This document shows positions 10,481 through 23,196 of a stretch of DNA of 64,000 nt, piece after piece. A program made the position numbers and the translations under genes. Below the pieces are notes generated by a model. The model was not told the origin of the DNA and made no database searches. It saw only the letters and a program-made list of their open reading frames with translations. Every line of letters begins with the position of its first letter. Position 1 is the stretch's first letter. The DNA comes from Octopus vulgaris (Eukaryota). The stretch is taken from assembly GCA_951406725.2 (NCBI GenBank), contig OX597818.1:22444001-22508000 (forward strand), in the 5' to 3' direction.

Positions 10481-12864
10481 ACAACTTTTTTACATAAGAG
10501 AGGTTTACTGGCCTTTTTTTAGTATCAAACCAATGATATAGATGACTACTCTATGATCAAAGGCATTCTAGCTGCAACCATCCCATCCGTCTCAGATTAC
10601 ATTTTATATGTCCTTTTTCACTAAGCTGTTGAAGAAAATTTAGCTGCTATTTCTAGCAATTCGAGTGCCCTCATAGAGGCTCCATAATCGGTCTGTCATT
10701 ATTGTTATAAGAACATGTTATTTGTTGTTAAAAATACAGCAACACAAACACAACACCTGGAAATACAGTGGTGATATTACAGCAATAAATGCAATTTACT
10801 GTTGGCACAGTACCATAAAAAAGTGCATTTTTATTGAGTCTTCATTAAATCCATGACCTTGTGATTATAATAGTAGTAGTCAACATAATTATTGCTGTTG
10901 CAGGTGAATTAGTCTCAGTCAGCCTTGCAATATTTAGTTAAGTCTTTTATATTCTGAGTTCAAATTCTACCCATGATGAATTTGCCTTTCATCCTATTGA
11001 TAAAATAAAGTACCATTTACATATGGAGGTTGGTATAATTGTTTATACTAATGAATTCCACCAGTTACCATATCATCCATCATTTATTAAGACATAATGA
11101 ATTGTCATCGTTGTAGTTTTAATGCTTGCTTTTTCATGCTTACATGAGTTAGAATTGGTTGATGCTGACTTTTTACAGCCAGATGTCCTTCTTGTTCCCA
11201 ACTTTTGCCTGTCTCCAAGCAAGGCAATATTTCCCCATGGCTGTACATGTTTTCATGGCCGAGTGGAAACAAGGAAAAATATAGACTCATGCACATTTAT
11301 ATATACCATCATTTAACGTCTATGTTCCATGCTGGCATGGGGTGGATGACTTAACAGGATTTACTGGGTCTAAAGGACTGCAATGTATTCCACTGTATGC
11401 TCTGGCATGGTTTCCATGGCGGTTTATCTTCCTAATGCCAACCACTTTACAGCATGTACTGAGTACTTTTCTTGTGCTACAAACACATATACATGCACAC
11501 ACACAACAGACTTTTTCAGTTTTTATTAACAAAATTCAAGCTTTGGCCGGCCTAAAGCCATAATGGAAGACACTTGCCCAAGGTGCCACACAATGGGACT
11601 TAACAAGAAATCATGTGGTTGGGAAGAGACCTTCTGAACCATACAGTTATGACAGCACCTATCTCAGATTATGTTTTCTGATATGTCTTTTTCCAAGATG
11701 GCTCACAAAAATTCAGCTGCTGTTTCTAGTAGGATGAGTACCTTTGTAGGGGCTCTCTCATCAGCTTGTTATTGTTATAAGACCAATGAGTTAGGCAAGT
11801 CGGTAGAGAACTGTCTATCTAAATTTGGTTTTTAATTCCTGGTGATACCCTTCCAGCCTTCTGATGTTATTAAAATAAGTAACAGCAGTTTAAAGAGGTT
11901 GATTTAGTCGACTATATTGCCTCTACCTTTTACATTCTGAGTTCAAATCCCACCAAGGTCAAATTTGGTTTATTTCTGATCTGATTGGTAAAATAAAGTA
12001 ACAGTTACATACTGGAGATCAACATAATTAACTATACTCTCTCTCGCTCTCAAACCATTTGGTTTCTCTATATTAGAGATCATTATTGTCATTAGAAGGG
12101 CAGTGGATAATAGAATTGGTAAACCACCAAAATCACCATATTCCTCACTACCACTGCTACCACTTCCGCTGATACTACTGGCACCACCACCATCACTACC
12201 ACTGTTGCTGCTGCCACTGTGGTAGGAAGACACTTGCCCAAGGTGCTACACAGTGGGATTGAACCTGAAACCATGTAGTTGTGAAGTGAGCTTCTTAACC
12301 ACACAGCCCTTGTAGTATCTAGTTACCTCTCTTTGCACTCAGTGTTTAAATCTTTCTAGGTGCAAATCCTCCCAGAATCACGAAATAAGTAAACACTAAT
12401 CACATGCAAGAGTGGATTTAATCAGCTTATAGCCATTCCTTCAAGCTTATGATCTTGTATTCATGTCAGAAATCATGATTATTCAATTGTTGCTGTTTAG
12501 CCCAAGGATATCCTTGATTGAGAAAACCACCCCCTCATTTTATATATCCAGGACTCATTGCCTAATGTTGCTTTCCTTTTTTAAGAAGATATTGGTATGA
12601 TTTCAGGACAACTTGGCTTCTACTTCTAGCAAGTCAAGTGACTGCACAGAGGCTCTTTCATTAGCTAATTCTAAAATGGTGGTTTGGTAGAATCGTTAAA
12701 TATCTTGCAGTATTTCTTCCAGCTCTTTATGTTCTGAGTTCAAATCATGCCAAGTCAACTTTGCCTTTTACTCTTTTGGAGGTCAGTAAAATAGAGTAGC
12801 AGACAAGTACTAAGATTAATTTAATTGGCTAAACTCTCCCTGCAAATTTCTGACCTTGCACCTA

Positions 12865-13690
12865 CAGGGGTTGGACAAAATAATGGAAGCACCTAAAATT
12901 TCAAACAAATTTATTTTAATATGGGGTAGGTAGTAGAACCAGCTTTCACAGTAATTACAGCCTGAATTCTATGAGGTATGGACTCATACAAAGTTTGAAT
13001 TGTTTCCAAAGGAATTTTTGTCCATTCTTCAGCTAAAACAGTCTCCAGTTCTTGTAGTTGTGATGGTGGAGGATATCGGCTCCTTACTTGTTTTTCTAAA
13101 ATGCACCATAAATGTTCAATAATAGTGAGATCTGGGGACAGTGGTAGCCAGATAAGATGTTCAACTTCACTAGAATGTTCCTCATGCCACTCAGTAACAA
13201 CTTTAGCTGTGTGAATTGGTGCATTATCATCCTGAAAGATTGTGTTTCCTTCCAGAAACAGTTCCACAACCATAGGATGAATTTGATTAGATAAAACACT
13301 TAAATGGTCTTGACTATTAATTCTGCCATGAAGGGAAACCATTAGGCTGGCAGATTTCCAAGATATAGCCCTCTAGATCATTACAGATACTCCTCCATGT
13401 TTAACTGTTGGAAGAAGGCAGTTTGGGTCAAATTCCTCTTTTGGCTGTCTCCACATGTATACTTGGCTGATGATCAGATATAAGGTAAAGGATGACATCC
13501 GAGAAAATAACATTCTTCCAATGCTTTAGGGACCAATTTTGTAGGTTTTTATTTCACTTTAAACACTTTGCAACGTTTGTTTTTTGGAAGTAGTGGTTTA
13601 CTGATTGCAGCCCTCCCATGCAGCTCCTCCTGGCGAACAGCTTTTGTGGAAACTGGGTCCTCGAGGTAGTTATTAAGCTCTGCAGTAGAT
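12865..13690 (-). mobile_element. Tc1-like (DD34E) transposon, 5'-truncated and decayed
   Basis: IFQDDNAPIHTAK...WLPLSPDLTIIEHLW in ORF 12911-13342 and an HTH remnant in ORF 13549-13854. The end reads TA|CAGGGGTTGGACAAAATAATGGAAGCACC; no second TIR was found. Confidence 0.85.
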
Positions 13691-13935
13691 GGATACTGCG
13701 TCTCATTCCCAAGCTGTCCTATTTTAGAGATGCAATTATATAAATACTCCAAAATCTGCCACAAAATCTGAAATCTGTAACACTTTAGGTACAAGAATTT
13801 TGGATAAGGATTCTCAAATGTATTTAGTTTGAACCCTCTAGGTACAGAATTCAAATTCAGCTAGGAGCTGACCTTACCATTCATTTCTACAGGAGCCAAT
13901 AAAATATACACAAGATTTATATATTTAGCCATTTA

Positions 13936-15132
13936 TTGGGTTGGCAACTAAGTTTCTGCCGTTTTTTTTAAATTTTGGAATCTATTTTTTGCGAGAATTC
14001 TATTTTTGAATAATTTTGGAATCAGTTTTGTTTTTTATTCTAATTAAATTTTTGTTTATTTTCAGATCATTAAAATGGAATGTCAAGTTAAGAAAAACGA
14101 GCATTTTCGCCACCTCCTTCTTTTTGCTTCTGTGCTGTGTATGGAGAGGGTGCCATAGCTGAATGAACCACTCGTGATTGGTATGCCAAGTTCAAAAATG
14201 GAAATTTTAACCTCAAAGACGCACCTCATTCTGGCCATCCAGTTGAGTTTGATGAAGAGCAATTAAACCAACTTTTGCACGAAAATTCTCATCAAAAGAC
14301 AAGAGAACTGGAGGAGAAAATGGAATGCTCCCACACTGCTATAGAGAAGCATCTTCACTCGATGGGGGAGCATGGGTTCTGCTTGCTTTAAGTGACAACA
14401 ACAAAAATCAACGAGCCACAATCTTCGCTGGTTTGCTTGCTCGTCACCGCTCAACTCATGGACACAAGCAATGATTTCTTTATCAAATTGTTATTGGCGA
14501 CGAAAAATGGTACCTGCACATCAATATGAAGCAGTGTAAGGAATGGATTAGCCCCGGTAAACAAGCGACATTGCGCGTGAAACAAGATCTTCATCCACGT
14601 TGTGTGTATGGTGGGACTGGGAAGGGATTATCCATTATGAATTGCTTGAATGGAACCAAATGGTCAATGCGGAACTTTATGTTCAACAGATGGAACGACT
14701 CAACATGGCTATTCAAGAGAAAAGACCTAATCAGCAGCATGGAGTTCTGCTGCATGACAACGCCCACCCTCATATCGCCAATATGACCAAGGAAGCCATT
14801 CAAACGTATGGCTGGGAAGTGCTGCCACACCTACCGTACTCTCCTGATTTGGCACCAACTGATTTCCACCTCTTTTGATCTCTTTCAAATGCTATGCGCG
14901 GAGTTTCATTCAATACTGATGCAGAATTGAAGACTTCATTGGATCAATTTTTCAAGTCAAAATGGGGTGATTTCTACCAATGAGGTATTGAAAATCTTGT
15001 TGAATGTTGGGAAGAAGTTGTAAACAACAAGGGTGAATACATTATTGATTAATTAGCTGTTATTTTTTATTAAACTTTTTAAAAAATTTAAATTAAAAAA
15101 AAAAAACGGGGGGAACTTAGTTACCAACCCAA
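13936..15132 (+). mobile_element. Mariner (DD34D) element 1, both TIRs present, transposase pseudogenised
   Basis: TIRs TTGGGTTGGCAACTAAGTT.. / ..AACTTAGTTACCAACCCAA with TA on both sides. ATG at 14075 (MECQVKKNEHFRHLLLFA), then GDEKW, HDNA and PYSPDLAPTDFHLF, with stops and frameshifts. Confidence 0.92.
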
Positions 15133-15482
15133 TACAACCATTCTCTATATATTAGTGGCATTGGGTCAAAGAGAATAATCATTATTACTATATCTGATAA
15201 CATTGTTGAAGACTTGGTCTTTTGATTTGTCTGTACCAAATACAGTGTCGTTCAATCCTGTTAGAAACAGCAGCCAAATCTATCCCAACCCACACTCCAC
15301 CATCTTCAAAGAAGAAAGGACACATTAGATAATTTAGTTCTATATGATGCTATTAAAAAGATGGGGCAGTCTCTCCCTCATCATAGCTTTACTCAGAGTC
15401 TACATAATGGTTAAGCAACATGTTAAACAATACCAGGTTTTACAGCAATTAATCTATGCAAATATATATCTGTGTGTGTGTA

Positions 15483-16767
15483 TTGGGTTATCCCATAAAT
15501 AATGCGGTTTTTTCAATTGCATGAACTAAAACTCAGAGGGGGACAAGATAAACTACCTGCATCAACTTGTTATAAAAGCAGGTAGTAATTTTACTTTTTA
15601 CTTATTCTTAGTGCAAGTTTTGAAAAGTGCAGTTTGATTTTAATTGTTATTTTTTCAAAGCTATAACAGAAGTGACAAAGGAGCATATTCAGCATGTTTT
15701 GCTTTATGAGTTCAATAAAGGCAACAATGCAACAGAATGTGTGAGGAATATTAATGCAGTATATAGGAATCGGACAATAAATGTAAGCCAGTGTTAATAG
15801 TGGTTCCAAAAATTATAAGCAGAAACTACAACCTAGAAGACAAGCCATATCCTGGAAAATCTGTAGAGCATAATGAGGACATCCTGCAAACCCTGGTGAA
15901 ACAAGATCCCATTGTAACTGTTGAGGAACTAGCAGAGAAGCTTAGATTTAGTCATTCAACCATTCATCGATACCTGCGTGCCATCAGAAAAGTTAGCAAA
16001 TTGGGTCAATGGGTTACTCTAACTTTCCGAGTCTAATCGCATGCAGAGAGCGAATGTGTGCTCTTCTTTGCTATCACATCTAACAAATGAACCTTTTTTG
16101 GATCGAATAGTGACCAGTGACAAGAAATGTGTTCTTTATAAAAATGTCAAGTGCCAAAGATACTGGGTAGGGAAAGAAGAGACACCTGCACCCTAGGCTA
16201 AAGAAGGTCTTCACCCACATATGGTGTTGTTATCTGTTTAGTGAGATATGAAAGGTTTAGTCTACTTTGAACTTTTAAACCCAAACCAAACAATAACAAA
16301 GGAGATCGACTGTGAGCAGCTTGAGTGGCTTAAGTCAGCACTAGAAGAAAAACGACCATCTTTGGTTTCAAGACGAAAGGTGTTCTTCCATCAGGATAAT
16401 GCTTGGCCACGTACAGCAAGGATGACGTTCCAAAAGCTGGAACAGTTTGAATGGGAAACGATGTCCCACCCACCATATTCACCAGACATTGCCCCATCTG
16501 ATTATCATTTATTTTGCAGTCTTCAAAATCATTTGGACAGAAAAAATACGAATTCTGTAGACCAGATCAGAATAGTACTGGAGGAGTACTTTTCATCATG
16601 GACAAGTAAATTTTGGAACAGGGACCTTGCAAGTCTACCAGATAGATATAGAAGCATTGTAGAAAATGATGGAGAGAAAAATCTTAGATTAAAAAAGAAT
16701 TCTTTTTATTTTAATTTTGAAAAATAAATGATGTATAAAAGACCTCATTATTTATGGGATGACCCAA
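15483..16767 (+). mobile_element. Mariner (DD34D) element 2, full-length, a different family, pseudogenised
   Basis: TIRs TTGGGTTATCCCATAAATAATGCGG / CCTCATTATTTATGGGATGACCCAA with TA TSD. Motifs KLGQWV, FHQDNA and HPPYSPDIAPSDYHLF. Confidence 0.92.
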
Positions 16768-17119
16768 TATATTAGCTATTAGAACCAGCTTTCCATGGCA
16801 CCACTGGTTGCTCAGCCAACATTATTCTACATTGATTTGACTGATTTCCTGTCTGGCATATGGGTTGCTAGCTGCCACTGATAATCTACAATATGGTTAA
16901 ATCACACGATACAGTAGTGCCATCCACTGGTGTACAGATGAAATTTCATCAACTAATAATAGAACTTCTATGCTTTTTAGCATGATTTTTCAGGATGTTT
17001 ACCACAGTCTAAGATGTTATAAACAACACATCCAGGTTAGTTGAGATGTACTAAGTAATGTATGTATATATATACTTGAGATGACTTGTCAAATCAAGTG
17101 AAATCATAGATGTGACTGG

Positions 17120-17304
17120 TGCTGGGGACATGTAAAAGGCATCCACTACACTCTTGGAGTGGTTGGCATTAGGAAGGGCATCATGATGTAGAAACTAAGC
17201 CAAATGTAGGTGGGAACCTAGTGCAGCACTCCAACTTACCAGTTCCAATCAAGTTGTCTAACCCATGACAGCATGGAAAGTGGATGCTAAATGATGATGA
17301 TGAT
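17120..17304 (+). mobile_element. RTE 3'-end fragment with (GAT)n tail
   Basis: gagtggttggcattaggaagggcatc...aacccatgacagcatggaaagtggatgctaaatgatgatg matches 5561-5716. Confidence 0.8.
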
Positions 17305-17312
17305 ATATCAAC

Positions 17313-17675
17313 TTCATCATCATTGTTTAACGTTTGCTTTCCATGCTAGCATGGGTTGGACGATTTGACTGAAGACTGGTGAACCAGATGGCTGCACCAG
17401 GCTCCAATCTGATCTGGCAGAGTTTCTACAGCTGGATGCCCTTCCTAATGCTAACCACTCTGAAAGTGTAGTGGGTGCTTTTACGTGCCACTGGCGCGAG
17501 GGCCAGTCAGGCGGTACTGGCAATGGCCATGCTCAAATGGTGTTTTTTACGTGCCACCTGCACAGGAGCCAGTCCAGCGGCACTGGCAACAACTTCGCTC
17601 AAATGCTTTTTCATGTGCCAGGAAGGCGACGCTGGTAACGATCACGCTTGAATGGTGCTTTTTATGTGCCACCGG
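17313..17675 (-). mobile_element. RTE 3'-end fragment with internal ~50-70-bp tandem subrepeats
   Basis: Reverse complement of the RTE 3' UTR; the motif tgcttttacgtgcca occurs four times between 17475 and 17672. Confidence 0.8.
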
Positions 17676-17822
17676 TAATATATATAAAGACTATTTTTAG
17701 GGGTGAAGAAATATTGTCAGAAAAGAGGAGAAAGACACAGCAAGTGAGAGGTAGCAACTGAATGAACCATCTATAAAACTAGTAAAAAGTAAAAACAAAT
17801 AAGAAAGAAAAAAAGAACTTAC

Positions 17823-18887
17823 TCGCTTCTCACAAGGTTTTGAAAGTTGTAAATAATGAAGTCCTGTTTCTCCAATACCATTATGACATTCTCTGATGTT
17901 TTCTTCAAATTTCGTAATCACATCTTGCATATCATAAATACAGACTGCACTATAAGGTAAAGGTGCATCTGACTGTACCTTGCCCATGGCAAATGCAACA
18001 TACAACTTCCCACCACTTTCTTTTGATAAGTAACCAGCTTGGGCAAGATTGTACAACTTACTGCCACGACGACACTCCAAACGAACTTCTACATAAGACT
18101 CGAACTTCTTGTCCTTCTGACAGATCCGAGCTAGTTTTGTGACGTGGGGGGAGTTTTGGTCTTTTGCGCGTGGCTGAGTTGTAATGAAGTAAACAAAACC
18201 TCCATGTGAGAATGCATGAACTGGGTTCACGAAATGCTGTGTTCGGTACTTGGGTAGGACAGTAACCTTGCTGCTTCCAGATGCATCTCTGTATGTAAAC
18301 TCTAGAGTTTGCAGGTTTCGACTGCTGATAGAGGGCACGAGGTCACGGTAGCGCTTGTTTCCATGGTTACTGTAGCGTGAAGCGACATAAAGAGCATCAC
18401 CATTTGGTCCTGGTGCAGTGAGGAATACAGTTGAGCTGTCTTCATGATTTGATACAATAGGTTTTGGCATTTGCTCATCAACAGCGGTGACATTACTCAG
18501 CTTCCGGACATGACAGGCACCATGGAACAAGGACAGACAGACGATAATTGAGTCACGACTGTAATCAAATACTAACCCCTGATTGTGGCTGTTTGTACTT
18601 TTCTTTTGTTCTTTGCAAGGTAAAAGTGGAGGTGGGCATTTGGGGTTGTCATCAGCAGGGCCTGTGATGACATTTTCCATCAGTTTCAAATCAGCAGATA
18701 ATTTAAATAAATTATTAACAGCACCAACGTAAAGCTCTCCTGTTTCATTATGCATGACCATTCGCTCAAGTGGGTGCTCAAAAGGGTCACGGAACGTCCT
18801 TTCTATTACCATGGCATCAAGTACAGTTCCAAGACAGACAAGGGTCATCCAGCAACAGAGAACAGCTTCTCTGTTGATAAGGGACAT
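17823..18887 (-). CDS. Plexin (class A/B-like), first coding exon: signal peptide and most of the Sema domain
   Basis: The ORF reads MSLINREAVLCCWMTLVCLG...GELYVGAVNNLFKLS...TGPADDNPKCPPP...LARICQKDKKFESYVEVRLEC...YNLAQAGY...SAVCIY...C, which are plexin Sema motifs. The acceptor tttttctcttttcAG opens the exon at 18911, the ATG is at 18887, and the donor is CGA|GTAAGT at 17823/17822 (phase 0). A single large Sema exon is typical of plexins. Confidence 0.93.
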
Positions 18888-18911
18888 TTTCAAATAATGT
18901 TAAAGTTCAGT
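18888..18911 (-). other. Plexin 5' UTR part of the first coding exon, implying a further upstream non-coding exon
   Basis: A strong polypyrimidine tract plus AG (18912-18931) lies 24 nt upstream of the ATG. Confidence 0.7.
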
Positions 18912-19152
18912 CTGAAAAGAGAAAAAAAAAAGCACCATATAAGTAAAGTATATACTGATATTATTCATCACTAAATGCGTGATCATTGTCATTATCATTA
19001 ATACCAGCATGCATACATTAAATAAACAAACATACATGGAGGTGAGGTGGAAAGAGAAAGTGAAACTAGAGTATTTGTTCCATATCTATGACATATCTAA
19101 ATACAGATATGTTTTGTTGCATATGTGTATATGTACACACACACACACTCAC

Positions 19153-19510
19153 AGGCATAGTTGTATGGTTGAGGAGTTTGCAATCATATGGTTTCAGGTT
19201 TATTCTCACTGTGCAGCACCTTGGATAAGTGTTGCCTATTGCAACTATAGGCCAATTAAAGCCTTGTGAGTTAATTACACAGACAGAGACTGAGCAGAAG
19301 CTCATAGTGTTTGTGTATGCATGTGTATGTGTTTCTATCTCACTATTTGGCAACTGGTGTTAGTTTGTTTGCATCTCCACAGTGTAACTGTTGAACAAAA
19401 ATATGCACCAGACTTCAAAAATAAGTACAAGGAGTGATTTGATTACATAAACCAGTCAAAGTATTGCTCCAGCATGGCTGCAGTCCAGTAGCTGAAACAA
19501 GTAAAAGCAT
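19153..19510 (+). mobile_element. SINE family A, diverged
   Basis: Head and tail motifs are recognisable. Confidence 0.65.
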
Positions 19511-20159
19511 GAAAATAATTTTGTTTTCCAGTCACATGCTTTCTGGTTTTAGCTCCACTGTGCAGCATCTTGGGTAAAATTTGTCCATAGCAGCATTGGG
19601 TCAATCAAAGCTTTGAGTAGATTTGATGGACAGAAACTGAAAAAGAAGTGTATGCTTGTACATGTGTGTGTGTGCGTGTGTGCGTGTGTGTGTGTGTGTT
19701 TGCATACATGAGTGTTTATCTTCAAGCAGTATTACTGTCGGCAGATCCCCTGTTACTAAATTGTCTACTAGGTTCACACCTTTGGAGAAGTATGCAATAA
19801 AAGATTCTTTACTTGAAAAAAAAAACAGTTAAAGGTTAACATCAGGAGGGGTGTCCAACTGTAAAACAATACCTCAATGACATATTAGTCTAACCCAAGC
19901 TAGCATGGCAGAAATCAGATGCCTCTACTCTCCTGAATCTATACATCTCTACACACTCCAAGGAACTACATGTAACCCACAGCACCTCACACACCCATAC
20001 CTCTCTCTATGTCTCTCCCTATACAGATATCCTCCTACACATGCACACCACCCTACCTCATCCTCCCTTCCAAACTCCACCCCATAGAACCACATACCAT
20101 TTGGTTTTTAACCCCTTTCTCCTTTTTTCCCTCCTACCACCTTTTCTTAATTTTTGATT

Positions 20160-20200
20160 TTTTCCTGATGAAGGACTAGCATCTGAAACGTCAAGGCTTT
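20160..20200 (+). ncRNA. Decayed minimal hammerhead motif (Penelope-type)
   Basis: CTGATGA-AGG-actagca-TCT-GAAA-CG-TC. The core is intact but stem I is imperfect; it follows a long pyrimidine-rich tract. Confidence 0.45.
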
Positions 20201-20519
20201 TTCTCTTCCTTTTAAGCATTCAACTTTGTTAAAGCTTGATCTTCACATGTTGTCTTCGGTTTTTTTTTGTGTTAATTGCTAAACGTATAAAAGGTTTGAA
20301 AAACAATATCAAAACATATAGTAATTGATGCTAAAATGTAGAATGATGTATATAGAGGAAATGTAAAATGAATTAGTGATCACCCTGTAGTTACAAATTG
20401 TTTCATGTTACAAAAATATTTCATCAGACCATGTTTATTCAACTATGATATGAAAATCCTATCTTGTCAATCATCTGCAGATTGGAACAAGAAACCTGTA
20501 CTAATGTTCTGTAAAGTTT

Positions 20520-20880
20520 TCAGCTTCCAATGGTTCTGGATTCAGTCCCACTGCATGACACCTTGGGTAAGTGTCTTCTACAGCCTCAGGCTGACCAAAG
20601 CCTTGTGAGTGGATTTGGTAGATGGAAACTGAAAGAGCCAGTCATACACATACATACATATATGTGTGTGTGTGTGTGTGTGTGTCTTTGTGCCTGAGTT
20701 TGTCCCCCACTATTGCTTGACAACTGATGTTAATCCTAACCCTAATCAATAACTTAGCAGCTCGGCAAAAGAGACCAACAGAATAAGTACTAGGCTTACA
20801 AAGAATAAGTCCTGGAGTTGATTTCTTTGACTAAGAAAAAAAATCTTTATGGGTAAATGACAGAAACAAGTAAAAGAATA
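20520..20880 (+). mobile_element. SINE family A
   Basis: Collinear with the other copies, with partial deletions. Confidence 0.75.
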
Positions 20881-22378
20881 AAAAAAATAAAAGCACAATG
20901 TATTTTTTTATACACAAAAGATAAAAACACACTCAATGTGATTCTTGATACACACACACACAAAAAAAAGACTTCATGGTCACTTCTGGTATACTTTTGA
21001 TCATAGGTTTGCTGGGTCAGCACTGACCGATATTTTAAGAATACAATCATTTTTCAGGGAAGCTACAGTTTATCTACATCTTGAACAGAGGAGGAGGAGG
21101 AGGAGGAGGAGGAGGAGAGGAAATACAAACCCGCAACACATACACATTCCGCACACATAGAAGTACAAGCTTTTAACACATACATATTCATAAAACCAAA
21201 TAGAAGGCATCTACACATATACGTACAAAGAAACAAGGACAGAACACATTGCAGAAAAATGGTTTCTTTATATATCAAAAGGAAGACAACAACAATAACA
21301 ACAGATACAAAATCAGCTGCTCTGTTTCTAGAACATCCAAAACAGGAAATTATGTATTGCGGATGATGATGGTAGTGGTGGTGGTGATGATGATGGTGGT
21401 GGTGGTGGTGGTGGTGGTGATGATGATGATGATGATAGTGATAACGGAGATAGTAGTTGTGCTGATGATGATGACAATAACAATGGCGAAGGCAATGATA
21501 ATAAGGAGAATGATGATGAAATTAACGATGGTTGTTGATGGTAATGGCAATGGTTATGAAGGCAAAAATAATGACTGATATGAAGGCAAAAATAATGACT
21601 GAGTGAACTTATGGACCAAAGGCATTCTAGCAATAGCCACCCTGTCATTTTTTTTTTTACATCAAGAGACTACATTGGCCAATGTCCTTCTTTATTTAAG
21701 ATAGAAGAATGTGGTTTTGAGGGTGATTTGGCTGCTAATCTTAGCAGGTCAAGTGACCATGCCGAGGATTCTTTGCTGATAGGAGTGGTGGTGGAGGTGG
21801 TGATCGTAGTGTAATAGTTGTGTTGATCATGATATTGATATTAGAAATTGATGATGATGCAGATGGGAGTGATGAGGCACTGTCACAGTTGGTATTTCTA
21901 TGATTGGAACTAGCTATCGTAAACATCATCACTTTTTGTTTATCACTGAGTAGTAGTAGTAGTGGTGGTGGTGGTGGTGGCAGAGGCAGTAGTAGTAGTA
22001 GTAGTAGCAGCAGTAGCTGCTGCTACTGTGGTAGTGCTACACATGTTCTTTCTGTACTCAATGACCAGCAATAAGATGCATTACATTCATCAGATTCTAA
22101 CTTTGTATCAACACACACACACAGACACTGCAATTCATACATTCTTATTGCAGCTTCTGTTTAAACAGATGTTGTTGCTGGTGCTGTTGGTCTTTTTGTT
22201 TGGTTTTGTTACATGTTTAAAAAAAAGGCAAAAACAAAATGCATGCAGAGTGAGAGGGCCATAAATACAAAGAACAAATAAAAAGAAAAAGAAAGAAAAT
22301 CTAACATATGCACTTAATGTGGTGCAGACATCAAATAGTAGAATTTATAAGCATGTATATATTATATATCCACAACAA

Positions 22379-22712
22379 GGCACATGGCTCAGTGGTTAGA
22401 GTGTCGGGCTCACAATCATGAAGTAGTACGTTTGATTACTGAACTGGGCTGTGAGTTGTGTTCTTGAGCAAGACACTTTATTTCATGTTGCTCCAGTTCA
22501 CTCAGCTGTAGAAATGAGTTGTGATGTCACTGGTGCCAAGTTGTATCGGCCTTTGCTTTTCCCTTGGACAACAAAGCTGGTATGGAGAGGGGAGGCTGGT
22601 ATGCATGGGTGACTGATGGTCTTCCATAAACAACCTTGCCCAGATTTGTACCTAGGAGGGTAAAATTCTAGGAGCAATCCCATGGTCATTCATGATCAGA
22701 AGGGGTCTTTAC
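22379..22712 (+). mobile_element. tRNA-derived SINE 'family B'
   Basis: ggcacatggctcagtggttagag (A box)...tgtgttcttgagcaagacac...gctccagttcactcagctgtagaaatgag. Confidence 0.8.
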
Positions 22713-22751
22713 TCCTTTTTTTTCATAAACACAACAAAGAGTAGTTCTTGT

Positions 22752-23110
22752 TGCAGGATGACAGCTTATGTGCCTCAGTGACCCTGAGAGCAATGCCAGT
22801 AGAGTGAAAGCTCTTAGTAGGGCCTCCCATGCTGGACAGGTCAAAGGTTAGAGGCTAGACTAATATGGATCACTTGTACCCAAAAGTAAAAACGGGTTTG
22901 CATAAACCAATGACCCTACATAGATAAAAGTCAAGTTACAGAAGCATTGATGACAATTCAAAACCAATGAGATCTGGGAGATGGAGCCCTTCTCCTAGGG
23001 ACACAAACATATAATAGCATTGAGGCAGAGGTTAAAAAGTAGGGATCTAACTGGAAAAGAACAGAAAAAAACAGCCCAGGGTTGAGAACAATGGAGTGAA
23101 GTCATCAACA
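22752..23110 (+). mobile_element. Probable non-autonomous RTE derivative (5' UTR joined to the ORF 3' end)
   Basis: gaccctgagagcaatgcc...agggcctcccatgctggacaggtcaaagg resembles RTE/Expander 5' UTRs (from recall). 23018-23105 translates to a decayed RTE C-terminus, NSIEAEVKK*GSNWK...AQG*EQW. Confidence 0.45.
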
Positions 23111-23126
23111 AATTATTATTATTATT

Positions 23127-23196
<70 letters not shown>

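Noticed and set aside
16248-16727. Possible domesticated or active mariner transposase
   Set aside because: The start codon is lost and there are multiple stops and frameshifts upstream, consistent with neutral decay.
17697-17822. Hydrophobic C-terminal extension of the 398-aa ORF, suggesting a short membrane-anchored Sema protein
   Set aside because: It is read-through into a T-rich intron past a canonical GTAAGT donor, and in-phase downstream exons exist.
20731-20748. Telomere-like cctaaccctaa inside a SINE
   Set aside because: Only about two units, too short to interpret.
21555-21603. 24-bp direct duplication tatgaaggcaaaaataatgactga
   Set aside because: A simple local tandem duplication with no element between the copies.
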